Of a stretch of DNA of 31,466 nucleotides, positions 1 through 8,804 are shown in pieces. The DNA is from a virus (Duplodnaviria; Caudoviricetes), in the IMG/VR virus record IMGVR_UViG_3300030059_000554, positions 1 to 31,466 of that record; one strand, given 5' to 3'. Under the pieces are notes generated by a model. It did not search any database and had not been told where the DNA came from. It worked only from the letters and a program-made list of their open reading frames with translations. Both the position numbers and the translations under genes were made by a program. Numbering within the stretch: the stretch's first letter is position 1; the number at the start of each line of letters is the position of its first letter.

Positions 1-342
1 GCACAGCCTGCAAACACTATTATCACTAACATTAAAATCTTTTGCGCCGTTGCACCTGTAACGGGAAGTGGTGACATTGGTTATGAAGTAGGTACATCCT
101 CTTCTGGTGCGCAGATTGTAGCTACTCAGGCTGACGAAATCTTAGACGCTGGTACAACAGTTGTCTTAGGCAACGTAACTTTAACAGAACTAGTTCTTCA
201 AACACAAGATGGTACAACTGCACCAGCTTCTGTTCAGTATGCGTCAGCAGCTCGTAATATTTTCTGTAATATCACTAATACAGTTAATGCTACAACAGCA
301 GGTTCGTTTACGTTTATCATAGAGTATGTGCAAATTGCATAA
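1..342 (+). CDS. Partial (5'-truncated) virion structural protein, probable capsid decoration/cement protein
   Basis: Frame 1 is open from base 1 to TAA 340-342 (AQPANTIITNIKIFCAVAP...TTAGSFTFIIEYVQIA*). It is beta-rich and T/A/V-rich, and is followed by a terminator. It is absent from the ORF track because it has no start in the window. Confidence 0.7.
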   Translation, partial: AQPANTIITNIKIFCAVAPVTGSGDIGYEVGTSSSGAQIVATQADEILDAGTTVVLGNVTLTELVLQTQDGTTAPASVQYASAARNIFCNITNTVNATTAGSFTFIIEYVQIA

Positions 343-350
343 ACAATTGG

Positions 351-378
351 GAGGGAGCTTTGGCTCCCCTCTTTTCTT
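351..378 (+). terminator. Rho-independent terminator
   Basis: Hairpin GGGAGC-TTTG-GCTCCC (353-368, extendable with a bulge), followed by CTCTTTTCTT, directly after the stop at 342. Confidence 0.8.
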
Positions 379-391
379 ATAGGAGGCCGAA

Positions 392-1003
392 ATGGCAGGA
401 TCAGACGTAACCCCAGTCCTCATAAGCGATGAGGTGGCTTTAGACGCAGACGGAATATCAGTTGCCGCCTCAGTGGGCAACAACGCGGCATTGGTTATTG
501 GCGGTGCTTTAGCAGACGGCGGAAGTGTGACTAACGCTTCTGGTAGACAAGTAACAATTTTATCAGCAGGAAATGATTCTTCGAAATCATTTAATGTAGT
601 TGGTACGGATGTAAATGGTGCATCTCTTACAGAGAATGTTACGGGAGCTAACGCTGGAACAGCAACAAGCTCTGGTTATTTTAAGACTATTTTAAGCATT
701 ACCGCTGTTGGTAATCCTGCGGGAAACGTTTCCGCTGGTATTAACAACAATGCGCTAGGTGTAATTTTTGCAGGGCGAACACGTCTTCAAGGGTTCTCTT
801 TTGTTTCTGGCGGAACTGCTGGTAAAGCTAACCTTAGAAACGGTGGCGGAACGGGTACTGAATTTATACAGTTTCGATCTATTGGAACAGATAGCACTTC
901 GGATGATCCGTTTATTCCAGATGAAGGCGTACTGTTTAAAGATGGTTGTTTCGTTACGTTTATTGTAGGCACTATTGATTTAATGATGTTCTACCACGCA
1001 TAA
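392..1003 (+). CDS. Virion structural protein (G/A/T/V-rich, beta-rich)
   Basis: 203-aa ORF with AGGAGG RBS at 381-386, within the structural operon. Confidence 0.75.
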   Translation: MAGSDVTPVLISDEVALDADGISVAASVGNNAALVIGGALADGGSVTNASGRQVTILSAGNDSSKSFNVVGTDVNGASLTENVTGANAGTATSSGYFKTILSITAVGNPAGNVSAGINNNALGVIFAGRTRLQGFSFVSGGTAGKANLRNGGGTGTEFIQFRSIGTDSTSDDPFIPDEGVLFKDGCFVTFIVGTIDLMMFYHA

Positions 1004-1021
1004 TTATTAGGACTGTTTACT

Positions 1022-1267
1022 ATGGCTAATAAGAAAAAAGTTAATCTCTCCGTTGGCCGTGGTGAAAAACTGTCTGTTAAAAAAGGAGCGGGCCTTACTG
1101 CAAAGGGCCGAGCCAAATATAATAAAGCAACGGGTAGCAAGCTCAAGGCTCCTGCACCAAACCCAAAAAGCAAGAGTGAAAAAGGACGTAAAAAGTCTTT
1201 CTGCGCTCGTTCTAAAGGTTGGACTGGAGAAAGAGGCAAGGCGGCGCGTAAGCGTTGGAAGTGTTAA
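1022..1267 (+). CDS. Small basic protein, DUF6321-like
   Basis: K/R-rich 81 aa with GLTAKGRAKYN, RKKSFCAR and C-terminal RKRWKC motifs that recur in marine phage small proteins. AGGA RBS upstream. Confidence 0.65.
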   Translation: MANKKKVNLSVGRGEKLSVKKGAGLTAKGRAKYNKATGSKLKAPAPNPKSKSEKGRKKSFCARSKGWTGERGKAARKRWKC

Positions 1268-1504
1268 ATGAAATTTGAAATTAACCATCTTGTGTCTGTT
1301 GTAATCCTCGGTATTTTAAGCTGGGGTTCGATAACTTTGTTTACGATGAATGCACAAATGTCACTTGTTGTGTACAAAGTTGACCAAAATCACAGGATGA
1401 TCCAGCCGATATGGCAGGATTTTTTACAAAGGCAGGCAAGTTATGGCAATATCCAGGGCTCAGATGAGCGAACAGATTTCCAAGCCTCCCTCGGAGAAAA
1501 ATAA
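1268..1504 (+). CDS. Small single-pass membrane protein (possibly lysis-associated)
   Basis: Hydrophobic segment LVSVVILGILSWGSITLF followed by an amphipathic region. The ATG directly abuts the previous stop. Confidence 0.55.
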   Translation: MKFEINHLVSVVILGILSWGSITLFTMNAQMSLVVYKVDQNHRMIQPIWQDFLQRQASYGNIQGSDERTDFQASLGEK

Positions 1505-1730
1505 TATGGGTAAACCTAAAGGATTATGGGCTAACATCAATGCTAAGAAAAAGCGTATTGCTGGTGGAAGCGGAGAAAAGATGCGAAGTGCTGGTGACCC
1601 AGGGGCTCCTACTGCCAAAGCAATAAAAGAATCGCAAGGCATGAAGAATGGTGGTATGGTACAGAAACGATACATGAACGGTGGCATCGTTATGTCAGGC
1701 CGCGGTGTTCGTGACACAAGGATGGGATAA
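1443..1730 (+). CDS. Small basic protein, probable internal virion protein
   Basis: 95 aa with KPKGLWANINAKKKRI, GEKMR and GAPTAKA motifs plus two xxNGGxV motifs. An alternative start is ATG 1506, after GGAG. Confidence 0.65.
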   Translation: MAISRAQMSEQISKPPSEKNNMGKPKGLWANINAKKKRIAGGSGEKMRSAGDPGAPTAKAIKESQGMKNGGMVQKRYMNGGIVMSGRGVRDTRMG

Positions 1731-1733
1731 AAG

Positions 1734-2618
1734 ATGGCGACTTCTGGAACCAGAACATTTAACCTCGACATAGCTGAAGTTATCGAGGAAGCCTATGAGC
1801 GGTGTGGCTTAGAGGCTCGTACTGGTTACGAGATAAAGACTGCACGTCGTTCTTTAAATCTTATGTTTGCAGAATGGACCAATCGTGGTTTAAATTTATG
1901 GACGATTAAACAAAAAATATTAAATATGGCACAGTCTGTATCTTCTTATCCTGTTGGAACATTAACAATAACGGTATCGTCTAGTGCATCGTTTGATATA
2001 ACTGAGACTATTACTGGTGCAACAAGTGGTGCGACAGCAATCGTCACAAGTATTCCTTCTAGCACAAGTATTGCTATAACATATCCTGTTGGAACATTTG
2101 TTGTATCAGAAAGTGTTAGTGGAAGTGTTAGTGGTGCTACGACTTCTGTAACTGCAGCCGTTGATTTTTCGGAAACAAAAAGCTCTGCTGATATTTTAGA
2201 AGTGGTACTTAGAAGAGGTAATACCGATTTTCAATTAGATAGAATTAGTCGTGGTGAATATTTAAACCTACCAAATAAAACAACCCAAGGTCGTCCTAGT
2301 CAGTTTTACTTTGATAGGCAGATAAGCCCTTCAATTAACTTGTGGAATGTACCAGAGAACTCTACAGACCAATTAGTTTACTATTATGTAGACAGGATTG
2401 AAGATGCAGGTTCTTTTGCTAATACTACAGATCTTCCTTTTAGGTTTTTCCCTTGTATGGTTGCAGGACTATCCTATTACATTGCAATGAAACGAGCGCC
2501 GGAGAGGTTGCAGTATTTAAAAGCAATATATGACGAAGAATTTAATCGCGCCTTCGATGAAGACGATGATCGAGTATCACTAAAACTTCAACCCGCAGCA
2601 TCATACTTGAGGTCATAA
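1734..2618 (+). CDS. Head-tail adaptor / tail tubular protein A-like
   Basis: MATSGTRTFNLDIAEVIEEAYERCG...ARRSLNLMFAEW, GRPSQFY and a helical C-terminus, typical of podovirus adaptor-like proteins. It carries an inserted Ser/Thr-rich beta domain. Confidence 0.7.
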   Translation: MATSGTRTFNLDIAEVIEEAYERCGLEARTGYEIKTARRSLNLMFAEWTNRGLNLWTIKQKILNMAQSVSSYPVGTLTITVSSSASFDITETITGATSGATAIVTSIPSSTSIAITYPVGTFVVSESVSGSVSGATTSVTAAVDFSETKSSADILEVVLRRGNTDFQLDRISRGEYLNLPNKTTQGRPSQFYFDRQISPSINLWNVPENSTDQLVYYYVDRIEDAGSFANTTDLPFRFFPCMVAGLSYYIAMKRAPERLQYLKAIYDEEFNRAFDEDDDRVSLKLQPAASYLRS

Positions 2619-2941
2619 TGGCATTTGCTAGTGGAAAAGACGCATGGGGAATTTCAGACAGGTCAGGCTTTAGATACCGTTTGAGAGACATGATGAGAGA
2701 ATGGAACGGTTCTTTGGTTGGACCTGACGAGTACGAACCTAAGCACCCCCAACTGTTTCCTCCTCGGATAGGACCAGACCCTCAAGCGTTGAGGAACCCA
2801 CGTCCAGAACCTAATCTTTCTGAAGAAAGAAACATTCAGTATGGCTGGAACCCTGTAGGTGGCGCAACCGATAATGGAATTAACCCCCCCAACAACCTAG
2901 TTTCTACTGGGTCAGTGGGCGTAGTAACGGTGACAACATGA
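2618..2941 (+). CDS. Conserved virion-associated hypothetical protein
   Basis: ASGKxAxGISDRSGFRY...EWNG...EPKHPQL...DPQALRNPRP motif pattern; TAATG translational coupling. Confidence 0.75.
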   Translation: MAFASGKDAWGISDRSGFRYRLRDMMREWNGSLVGPDEYEPKHPQLFPPRIGPDPQALRNPRPEPNLSEERNIQYGWNPVGGATDNGINPPNNLVSTGSVGVVTVTT

Positions 2942-3795
2942 GCTTTACATACACGCAGTTAAAGACTGCCATAGAAGATTACACTGAAAACAACGAAACA
3001 TCTTTTGTAAATAACTTGCCTCTTTTTATTCGTCTAACTGAAGAGCGAATACTAAAGAACGTACAGTTAAACGTATTTAGAAAAAATGTAGCTGGCGCTA
3101 TGACTTCTGGTAATAAGTTTTTATCTTTACCCAGTGATTTCTTAGCTCCTTTTGCTTTAAAGTATACGGATTCTAGTAGTGAAACTGTGTTTGTAGACTA
3201 TAAAGATTCAGAATTTATTCAATCGTACAATCCTAATGCAACCACAACAGGGTCTCCCAGGTATTATGGTTCGTATGATGTAGATAATTTTATTATAGCA
3301 CCTACGCCTGATAGTAGTTACAACGCAGAACTTCATTATTTCTATAGACCATTAAGTCTTACTCAAAGCAGTTACACGTTAACACTTACAAATGTAACAG
3401 GTACGTTTACAGCTAATGACACTATTACGGGGAGTACGAGTGGTGAAAGTAGCGGCGTAGATTCGGTACCTTCTACAACCTCATTAATTGTAATAATTCC
3501 TAGCAGTAATTACACTGTAGGTGAAACAATTACAGCTAGTCCTAGTGGCGCAACAGCAATAGTTTCAGCCGTAGGATCTGATACAACAGTAACGTGGTTA
3601 AGTGACAACGCAGAGATGGCAATGTTGTATGGGTCTCTAACCGAGGCTTATCTCTACATGAAGGGTGATCCTGCAATCATGCAGATGTACACACAAAGAT
3701 TTGGGGAATCTATAGGACGATTAAAGAACTTGGGAGAAGCTCAAGAAGTAACAGATGAGTACCGCACAGGTCAGCTTGTCCGCGCTAAAACATAA
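2938..3795 (+). CDS. Second head-tail adaptor-like protein
   Basis: TYTQLKTAIEDY...FIRLTEERI, LPSDFL, GSPRYY, APTPD and LYGSLTEAYLYMK motifs; ATGA coupling. Confidence 0.7.
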   Translation: MSFTYTQLKTAIEDYTENNETSFVNNLPLFIRLTEERILKNVQLNVFRKNVAGAMTSGNKFLSLPSDFLAPFALKYTDSSSETVFVDYKDSEFIQSYNPNATTTGSPRYYGSYDVDNFIIAPTPDSSYNAELHYFYRPLSLTQSSYTLTLTNVTGTFTANDTITGSTSGESSGVDSVPSTTSLIVIIPSSNYTVGETITASPSGATAIVSAVGSDTTVTWLSDNAEMAMLYGSLTEAYLYMKGDPAIMQMYTQRFGESIGRLKNLGEAQEVTDEYRTGQLVRAKT

Positions 3796-3807
3796 GGAGT
3801 TTAAAAT

Positions 3808-4107
3808 ATGAATGAAATGTCTTTCCCAGTTACAATGTCAAATGACTTTAAGGTAGAGGTTGCAACAACAAACAACCGAGGGTTTACTCCGGAAGAAGTT
3901 GCTCAACGCTGTGTAAATAAAATAATTGGAATATCTGAAAGCGCACCACCTGCTATTAGAGACCAAGCTAGAGAGTACCGAGATGCTGTAGAAAAAACTG
4001 TTGTTATATATATGCGACAGGCTATTCAAAGCGACAGAACTACGGTATATAATGCAATAAAAGATGCTGGCCAAGAAAAGTTGGCTGAATATATAAGGGA
4101 TATGTAA
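3808..4107 (+). CDS. Hypothetical protein
   Basis: 99 aa with AAGGAG RBS, coupled to the next gene. Confidence 0.7.
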   Translation: MNEMSFPVTMSNDFKVEVATTNNRGFTPEEVAQRCVNKIIGISESAPPAIRDQAREYRDAVEKTVVIYMRQAIQSDRTTVYNAIKDAGQEKLAEYIRDM

Positions 4108-4542
4108 ATGGCTTTTAATGGTAACTTCTTATGCACTTCGTTCAAAGTAGAACTTATGAAGGGTGTTCATAATTTCACAGCAGCAAGCGACGTTTTTAAA
4201 GTGGCTTTGTATAATAACAGTGCAACGTTTACTGCGGCAACAACTGCGTATACATCTACTAACGAGATCAGTGGAACAAACTACACGGCTAAAGGAAACT
4301 TTTTAACAAGTGTTACTCCGGTCGCAAGTGGAACAACAGCACTTACAGACTTTGCGGATGAGGTGTTTTCTAACGTAACTATCTCAGCAGTTCGAGGTGC
4401 TTTAATTTATAACGAGGCTGTTTCGGGAGACCCAACAGTTTGCGTCTTAGACTTTGGTGCTGACAAAGCGGCAAGTTCTGGGGACTTTACTATTATCTTC
4501 CCAACCGCGGATGCTTCTAACGCAATCATTCGGATAGCCTAA
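4108..4542 (+). CDS. Tail/fibre-associated structural protein
   Basis: SFKVELMKGVHNF...FKVALY...NEISGTNYTAKG...GALIYN...VLDFG...GDFTIIFP is a pattern common in phage tail modules. Confidence 0.7.
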   Translation: MAFNGNFLCTSFKVELMKGVHNFTAASDVFKVALYNNSATFTAATTAYTSTNEISGTNYTAKGNFLTSVTPVASGTTALTDFADEVFSNVTISAVRGALIYNEAVSGDPTVCVLDFGADKAASSGDFTIIFPTADASNAIIRIA

Positions 4543-5003
4543 TGGCAGATCCGGTTGCAGCCTTTCAAGGGTGGAATAGCTCCCTACAAGGATGGAACAC
4601 TGGCACTTGGAACACCAATGTTGCCTACACTGTAACTGCGACTGGCGCGGTTGGTGCATCTACAGTTTCTGGGGAAGCAAATGTTTCTGTTACTGGAGTT
4701 AGCGGAACTAGCGCAGTTGGCGCGGTTACGATTACAGGGGTTGCCAATGTTTCCGTTACTGGAGTTGTTGGTACAACCGTATTAGGCAGTTTCTTTACTA
4801 CCAACACAATGGTGACCATGTCATCTTCTGTTGGCTCGACAACTATCTCTGGAAACGCTAATGTCACAGTAACTGGTCTGTCGGCTACTGGTGAGGTAGG
4901 GATTATAGAACAACCTTGGGGATTAATTATACCAGGGCAGACATCAAATTTCACGGGGATTACCCCTACGCAATCAACGTTATGGACGGAAGTTGCAGCA
5001 TAG
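4542..5003 (+). CDS. Repeat-containing structural protein (Trp-rich N-terminus, VTGxxxTxxVGxVT repeats)
   Basis: 153 aa with about five ~19-aa beta repeats; TAATG coupling. Confidence 0.7.
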   Translation: MADPVAAFQGWNSSLQGWNTGTWNTNVAYTVTATGAVGASTVSGEANVSVTGVSGTSAVGAVTITGVANVSVTGVVGTTVLGSFFTTNTMVTMSSSVGSTTISGNANVTVTGLSATGEVGIIEQPWGLIIPGQTSNFTGITPTQSTLWTEVAA

Positions 5004-5012
5004 GATATAAAA

Positions 5013-8000
5013 ATGGCAAGTGTATATACAAATGATTTACGGTTAGAAGAAATTGGGTCTGGAGAACAGTCCGGTTCTTGGGGCGATACAACCAACACTA
5101 ACTTGGAACTGATTGCAGAAGCTTTTGCTTTTGGAACTGAAGCAATTACAACTAACGCAAACACACATACAACTACGATTGCAGATGGGGCCTCAGATCC
5201 TGGTCGTGCGTTGTTCCTAAAGTACACCGGAACTTTGGATTCGGCTTGTACTATCACGTTAGGGCCAAACACGGTCAGTAAGATGTGGTTTATTCAAAAC
5301 GCTACTTCTGGCTCTCAAAACATTATTATTTCTCAAGGGTCTGGAGCAAATGTTACTATTGCCGCGGGACAAACCAAGTCAGTTTATTCTGACGGCGCAG
5401 GATCTGGCGCTGCTATTGTTGACGCCTTTGCTACGCTTAACGTGGTGGACTTGCTGGTTGATGACGATTTGACGGTTGCTGGAGATGTGGCCGTAACTGG
5501 CGACTATTCTTCTACAACATCTGGTACATCTAACTTACGCCTTGGTGTCAACGCAGGTAACTCAATAGCATCTGGTGGTAACTTCAACGTGGCTGTGGGT
5601 GACGAAGCAGGTACTGCAATTACGACTGGTGATAGAAACACAGTAGTTGGATACCAAGCAGGTGATGCAATTACTACTGGAAGTAAGAATACAGCTTTGG
5701 GTAGACACGCCTTAACTGCTTTAATAGATGCCGATGATAATACCGCAATTGGTGACGGGGCTTTAGCAGCAGATACTAAAGGTACTAAATCAACAGCAAT
5801 TGGTAGAGATACATTAGCCACACAAAACTTTACGTCCTCTACCGATACTTATAACACAGCAGTCGGCTTTGGTGCAGGTCTTGGAGTAACCACAGGCGTA
5901 CAAAATACCTTCATCGGCGGTCTAGCAGGTGATGCTAATACCACCGCATCTACTAATACAGCCGTTGGGTATGCTTCTTTAAGCGCTAACACTACAGGAC
6001 CTGCAAACACCGCCGTCGGAAAAGATTCTTTATTGTCAAATACAACAGGCAGGGACAACACAGCAGTTGGTTTTGGTTCATTATTGACTAACACTACTGG
6101 AGTAGAGAATAATGCAAGCGGTATGTACTCCTTACGGTTTAATACTACAGGCGACAATAACACTGCTTTGGGCTATCAGGCACTACACCGAAATACTACC
6201 GCAGATAACAACACTGCTGTTGGTAGAAACGCATTGGAACAAAATACTACAGGTGCAGGAAACTCGGCAGTCGGAAAAACTGCTCTTTCGGCTAACACCA
6301 CTGGTGCAAACAACACTGCTGTTGGCCTTCAAGCTCTTAATGGAAATACTACAGCGTCTGACAACACCGCAGTTGGTATGAACGCTCTAGTATCAAACAC
6401 CACAGGAGCTAGCAACACCGCAGTTGGTATGAAGGCTCTGATGGAAACCACCACCGCAAGTAACAACACAGCAGTTGGTTTTAAAGCGGGTATAGAGTTG
6501 ACTACAGGTACTAACAATGTAGCCGTTGGTTCTGAGGCACTATCTACAGAAGATGCCCACGGCAGAAATACGGCTGTAGGTTATCAAGCACTTAAAGCTC
6601 TTAACGCAGGTGCAGATTCAGAAACTGTAGCTATAGGGTATTTAGCAGGACTATCACTCACCACAGGCACAGAAAATGTTCTTATCGGAGGTAGAGCAGG
6701 TGATGCTCTGACAGACGCTGATTTTAACACGATAGTGGGAAGAGGGGCATTAACCACTGACACAAAAGGTAACAAGTCAACTGCTATTGGTACTCAAGCA
6801 TTAGCAAGTCAAAACTTTACATCCTCTACTGATACTCACAATACAGCCGTTGGTTTTGAAGCAGGTAACGCAGTCACCACAGGCATACAAAACACCCTCA
6901 TAGGTTCACAGGCTGGCGATGCTCTTACTGATGCTGATGGTAACACAGCAGTTGGCTGGTTGTCATTAAGCACTGATACTTTAGGTAGTGCGTCAACTGC
7001 TATTGGTAGGGCGGCTTTAGCTAATCAAAGAACTTCTTCAGCGGCAAATAAATTTAACACAGCAGTAGGATATAACGCAGGGCTAGAAGTCACCACAGGC
7101 ACATTCAACACCCTTATAGGAGGTCTTTCAGGTGATGCCTTAACTGATGGGCAAGAAAATGTTGCAGTAGGATACCAAGCATTAACAGCAGACACTCAGG
7201 GAGAAAACTCTGTAGCGATTGGTAATAATGCTTTGTTTAGCCAAAACGGTGTAAATGGTAACGTGTTTAACGTGGCAGTTGGAAAAAATGCAGGGTTTGC
7301 AGTAACCACAGGCATACAGAACACCTTCATCGGTGGTCTAACAGGTGATGCTACGACAACAGGCAGGGACAACACATTAGTCGGTTTTAGAGCAGGGACA
7401 GCAAATACAACTGGCTCTGAAAACACCGCAATAGGCTCAGATTCCTTCTTTGCTAATACCACAGGTGCTAACAATATAGTTATAGGTGTAGGGGCGTTAA
7501 ACTCTAATACCACAGGTGATAGCAACTCGGCTGTAGGTCATTCCGCTCTTTTATCAAACACTACCGGTGCGCAAAACGTAGCTTTGGGTGCGAATGCTGG
7601 TGCAGGAATTACTACAGGTCCGGGAAATATTGTCATTGGCTTTGAAGCTGGTCACGACATTACTACTGGAGGTTACAACACTCTTATGGGTTGGAAGGCT
7701 GGTGACAAGATAAATACAGCTTCACAAAACACAGCTATAGGTGACGGATCATTGTCTGCGGATACTAAAGGAACTAAGTCTATTGCAGTTGGTTCAAACA
7801 CCTTAAATACACAAAACTTTACTTCTGCTACCGATGTTTTCAACACAGCAGTAGGTTACAATGCAGGACTTGCAGTAACCACAGGCAAAAAAAACACCAT
7901 TATAGGTGGTGGAGCAGGTGACGCAATAACCACAGGAGAGTTTAATACTTTTATTGGATATGATGTAGGTAGTGCTAATGTAGGCGGTGATAACAATACA

Positions 8001-8525
8001 ATTGTTGGTGCTGGATCGAACGTAGCGGCAACTGGTACAGATGCGGCTGTTGGACTTGGGCCTAATATTAGTTGTGTAGCGGCATTTACAACTCTTGGTA
8101 GTGGATCATCCGACATAAGAGCCGCACACGGCAATGTAACGTGGAATACAGTATCAGACCAAAGGTACAAAAAAGACATTGTAAACTCTACAGCAGGTCT
8201 TAGTTTTATTAATGATCTAACACCACGGACTTTTAAGTATAAAAATCTTGGAGAGTTGCCTGAGACATTCAATGCTTACAAAGCAGACTCAACAGATGTA
8301 TTTAAAAACTCTGTAACAAATCATGGCTTCATTGCACAAGAAGTTAAGACAGCCATTGATGCACATCCTGAACTTAAAGATGGGTTCGCACTGTGGGGAG
8401 AAAGACCTGATGGCGGTCAAGAGATTGGTGAAGCCGCACTCATACCAATGCTAGTCAAAGCAGTACAAGAATTATCAACATCATTAGATGCGGCACTCGC
8501 TCGCATAACAACACTAGAAGGATAA
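5013..8525 (+). CDS. Tail fibre / receptor-binding protein with 17-aa NTAVG beta-solenoid repeats and a C-terminal peptidase S74 intramolecular chaperone
   Basis: N-terminal anchor (GEQSGSWGDTTNTNL), dozens of NTAxG repeats, then SDQRYKKDI, HGFIAQEV, LIPMLVKAVQEL and a terminal coiled coil. Confidence 0.9.
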   Translation: MASVYTNDLRLEEIGSGEQSGSWGDTTNTNLELIAEAFAFGTEAITTNANTHTTTIADGASDPGRALFLKYTGTLDSACTITLGPNTVSKMWFIQNATSGSQNIIISQGSGANVTIAAGQTKSVYSDGAGSGAAIVDAFATLNVVDLLVDDDLTVAGDVAVTGDYSSTTSGTSNLRLGVNAGNSIASGGNFNVAVGDEAGTAITTGDRNTVVGYQAGDAITTGSKNTALGRHALTALIDADDNTAIGDGALAADTKGTKSTAIGRDTLATQNFTSSTDTYNTAVGFGAGLGVTTGVQNTFIGGLAGDANTTASTNTAVGYASLSANTTGPANTAVGKDSLLSNTTGRDNTAVGFGSLLTNTTGVENNASGMYSLRFNTTGDNNTALGYQALHRNTTADNNTAVGRNALEQNTTGAGNSAVGKTALSANTTGANNTAVGLQALNGNTTASDNTAVGMNALVSNTTGASNTAVGMKALMETTTASNNTAVGFKAGIELTTGTNNVAVGSEALSTEDAHGRNTAVGYQALKALNAGADSETVAIGYLAGLSLTTGTENVLIGGRAGDALTDADFNTIVGRGALTTDTKGNKSTAIGTQALASQNFTSSTDTHNTAVGFEAGNAVTTGIQNTLIGSQAGDALTDADGNTAVGWLSLSTDTLGSASTAIGRAALANQRTSSAANKFNTAVGYNAGLEVTTGTFNTLIGGLSGDALTDGQENVAVGYQALTADTQGENSVAIGNNALFSQNGVNGNVFNVAVGKNAGFAVTTGIQNTFIGGLTGDATTTGRDNTLVGFRAGTANTTGSENTAIGSDSFFANTTGANNIVIGVGALNSNTTGDSNSAVGHSALLSNTTGAQNVALGANAGAGITTGPGNIVIGFEAGHDITTGGYNTLMGWKAGDKINTASQNTAIGDGSLSADTKGTKSIAVGSNTLNTQNFTSATDVFNTAVGYNAGLAVTTGKKNTIIGGGAGDAITTGEFNTFIGYDVGSANVGGDNNTIVGAGSNVAATGTDAAVGLGPNISCVAAFTTLGSGSSDIRAAHGNVTWNTVSDQRYKKDIVNSTAGLSFINDLTPRTFKYKNLGELPETFNAYKADSTDVFKNSVTNHGFIAQEVKTAIDAHPELKDGFALWGERPDGGQEIGEAALIPMLVKAVQELSTSLDAALARITTLEG
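5580..8060 (+). repeat. Degenerate 51-bp (17-aa) coding tandem repeats with a higher-order ~72-aa module
   Basis: NTAVGxxALxxNTTGxx periodicity. A 53-nt near-identical pair lies at 5885-5937 and 7301-7353. CAACACCGCAGTTGGTATGAA occurs at 6362 and 6413. Boundaries are approximate. Confidence 0.9.
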
Positions 8526-8530
8526 AGAAC

Positions 8531-8776
8531 ATGACAGACAGAACAGATGCACAATTAGCACAAGACTTTACAGCAATGGGTCACTCTATTGCACTCATCA
8601 CAGACGTTATTGCAGGCAATGCAATGGCAGGTGAGTTAGCGGCAGATCGCCAAGGTTGTGTTGATCGTAACACACAGCATCTTGAGCTAATGAAAGCTAA
8701 ATCAGACTGGGGTAGTGAGTCTATGACTGCTACTACAAGTGCAATCACAGCAGGGAACGGATACACCGCTTCCTAA
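8531..8776 (+). CDS. Small helical protein downstream of the tail fibre (possible fibre-associated factor)
   Basis: 81 aa with CVDRNTQHLELM...W motif and AAGGA RBS. The function is inferred from position only. Confidence 0.65.
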   Translation: MTDRTDAQLAQDFTAMGHSIALITDVIAGNAMAGELAADRQGCVDRNTQHLELMKAKSDWGSESMTATTSAITAGNGYTAS

Positions 8777-8804
8777 ATTAACTTAACTGTCGAGGAGTAA
8801 TTCA

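Noticed and set aside
1268-1730. Overlapping ORF pair as Rz/Rz1 spanins
   Set aside because: The downstream protein has no signal peptide or lipobox Cys and is basic and hydrophilic.
5885-7353. Near-identical repeat pair in the tail fibre as a DGR template/variable repeat
   Set aside because: The mismatches are mixed transitions (G/A, A/G, T/C, C/T), not adenine-specific. Both copies are internal coding sequence, and there is no reverse transcriptase in the window.
5580-8060. Periodic repeats as a CRISPR array
   Set aside because: They are degenerate at synonymous positions, in frame within one ORF, and lack identical repeat-spacer structure.
4625-8272. Multiple - strand ORFs over the tail genes
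   Set aside because: These are antisense shadows of codon-biased G/A/T/N-rich genes, with no recognisable motifs. The same applies to the antisense ORFs over 12654-17974 and 19541-27616.
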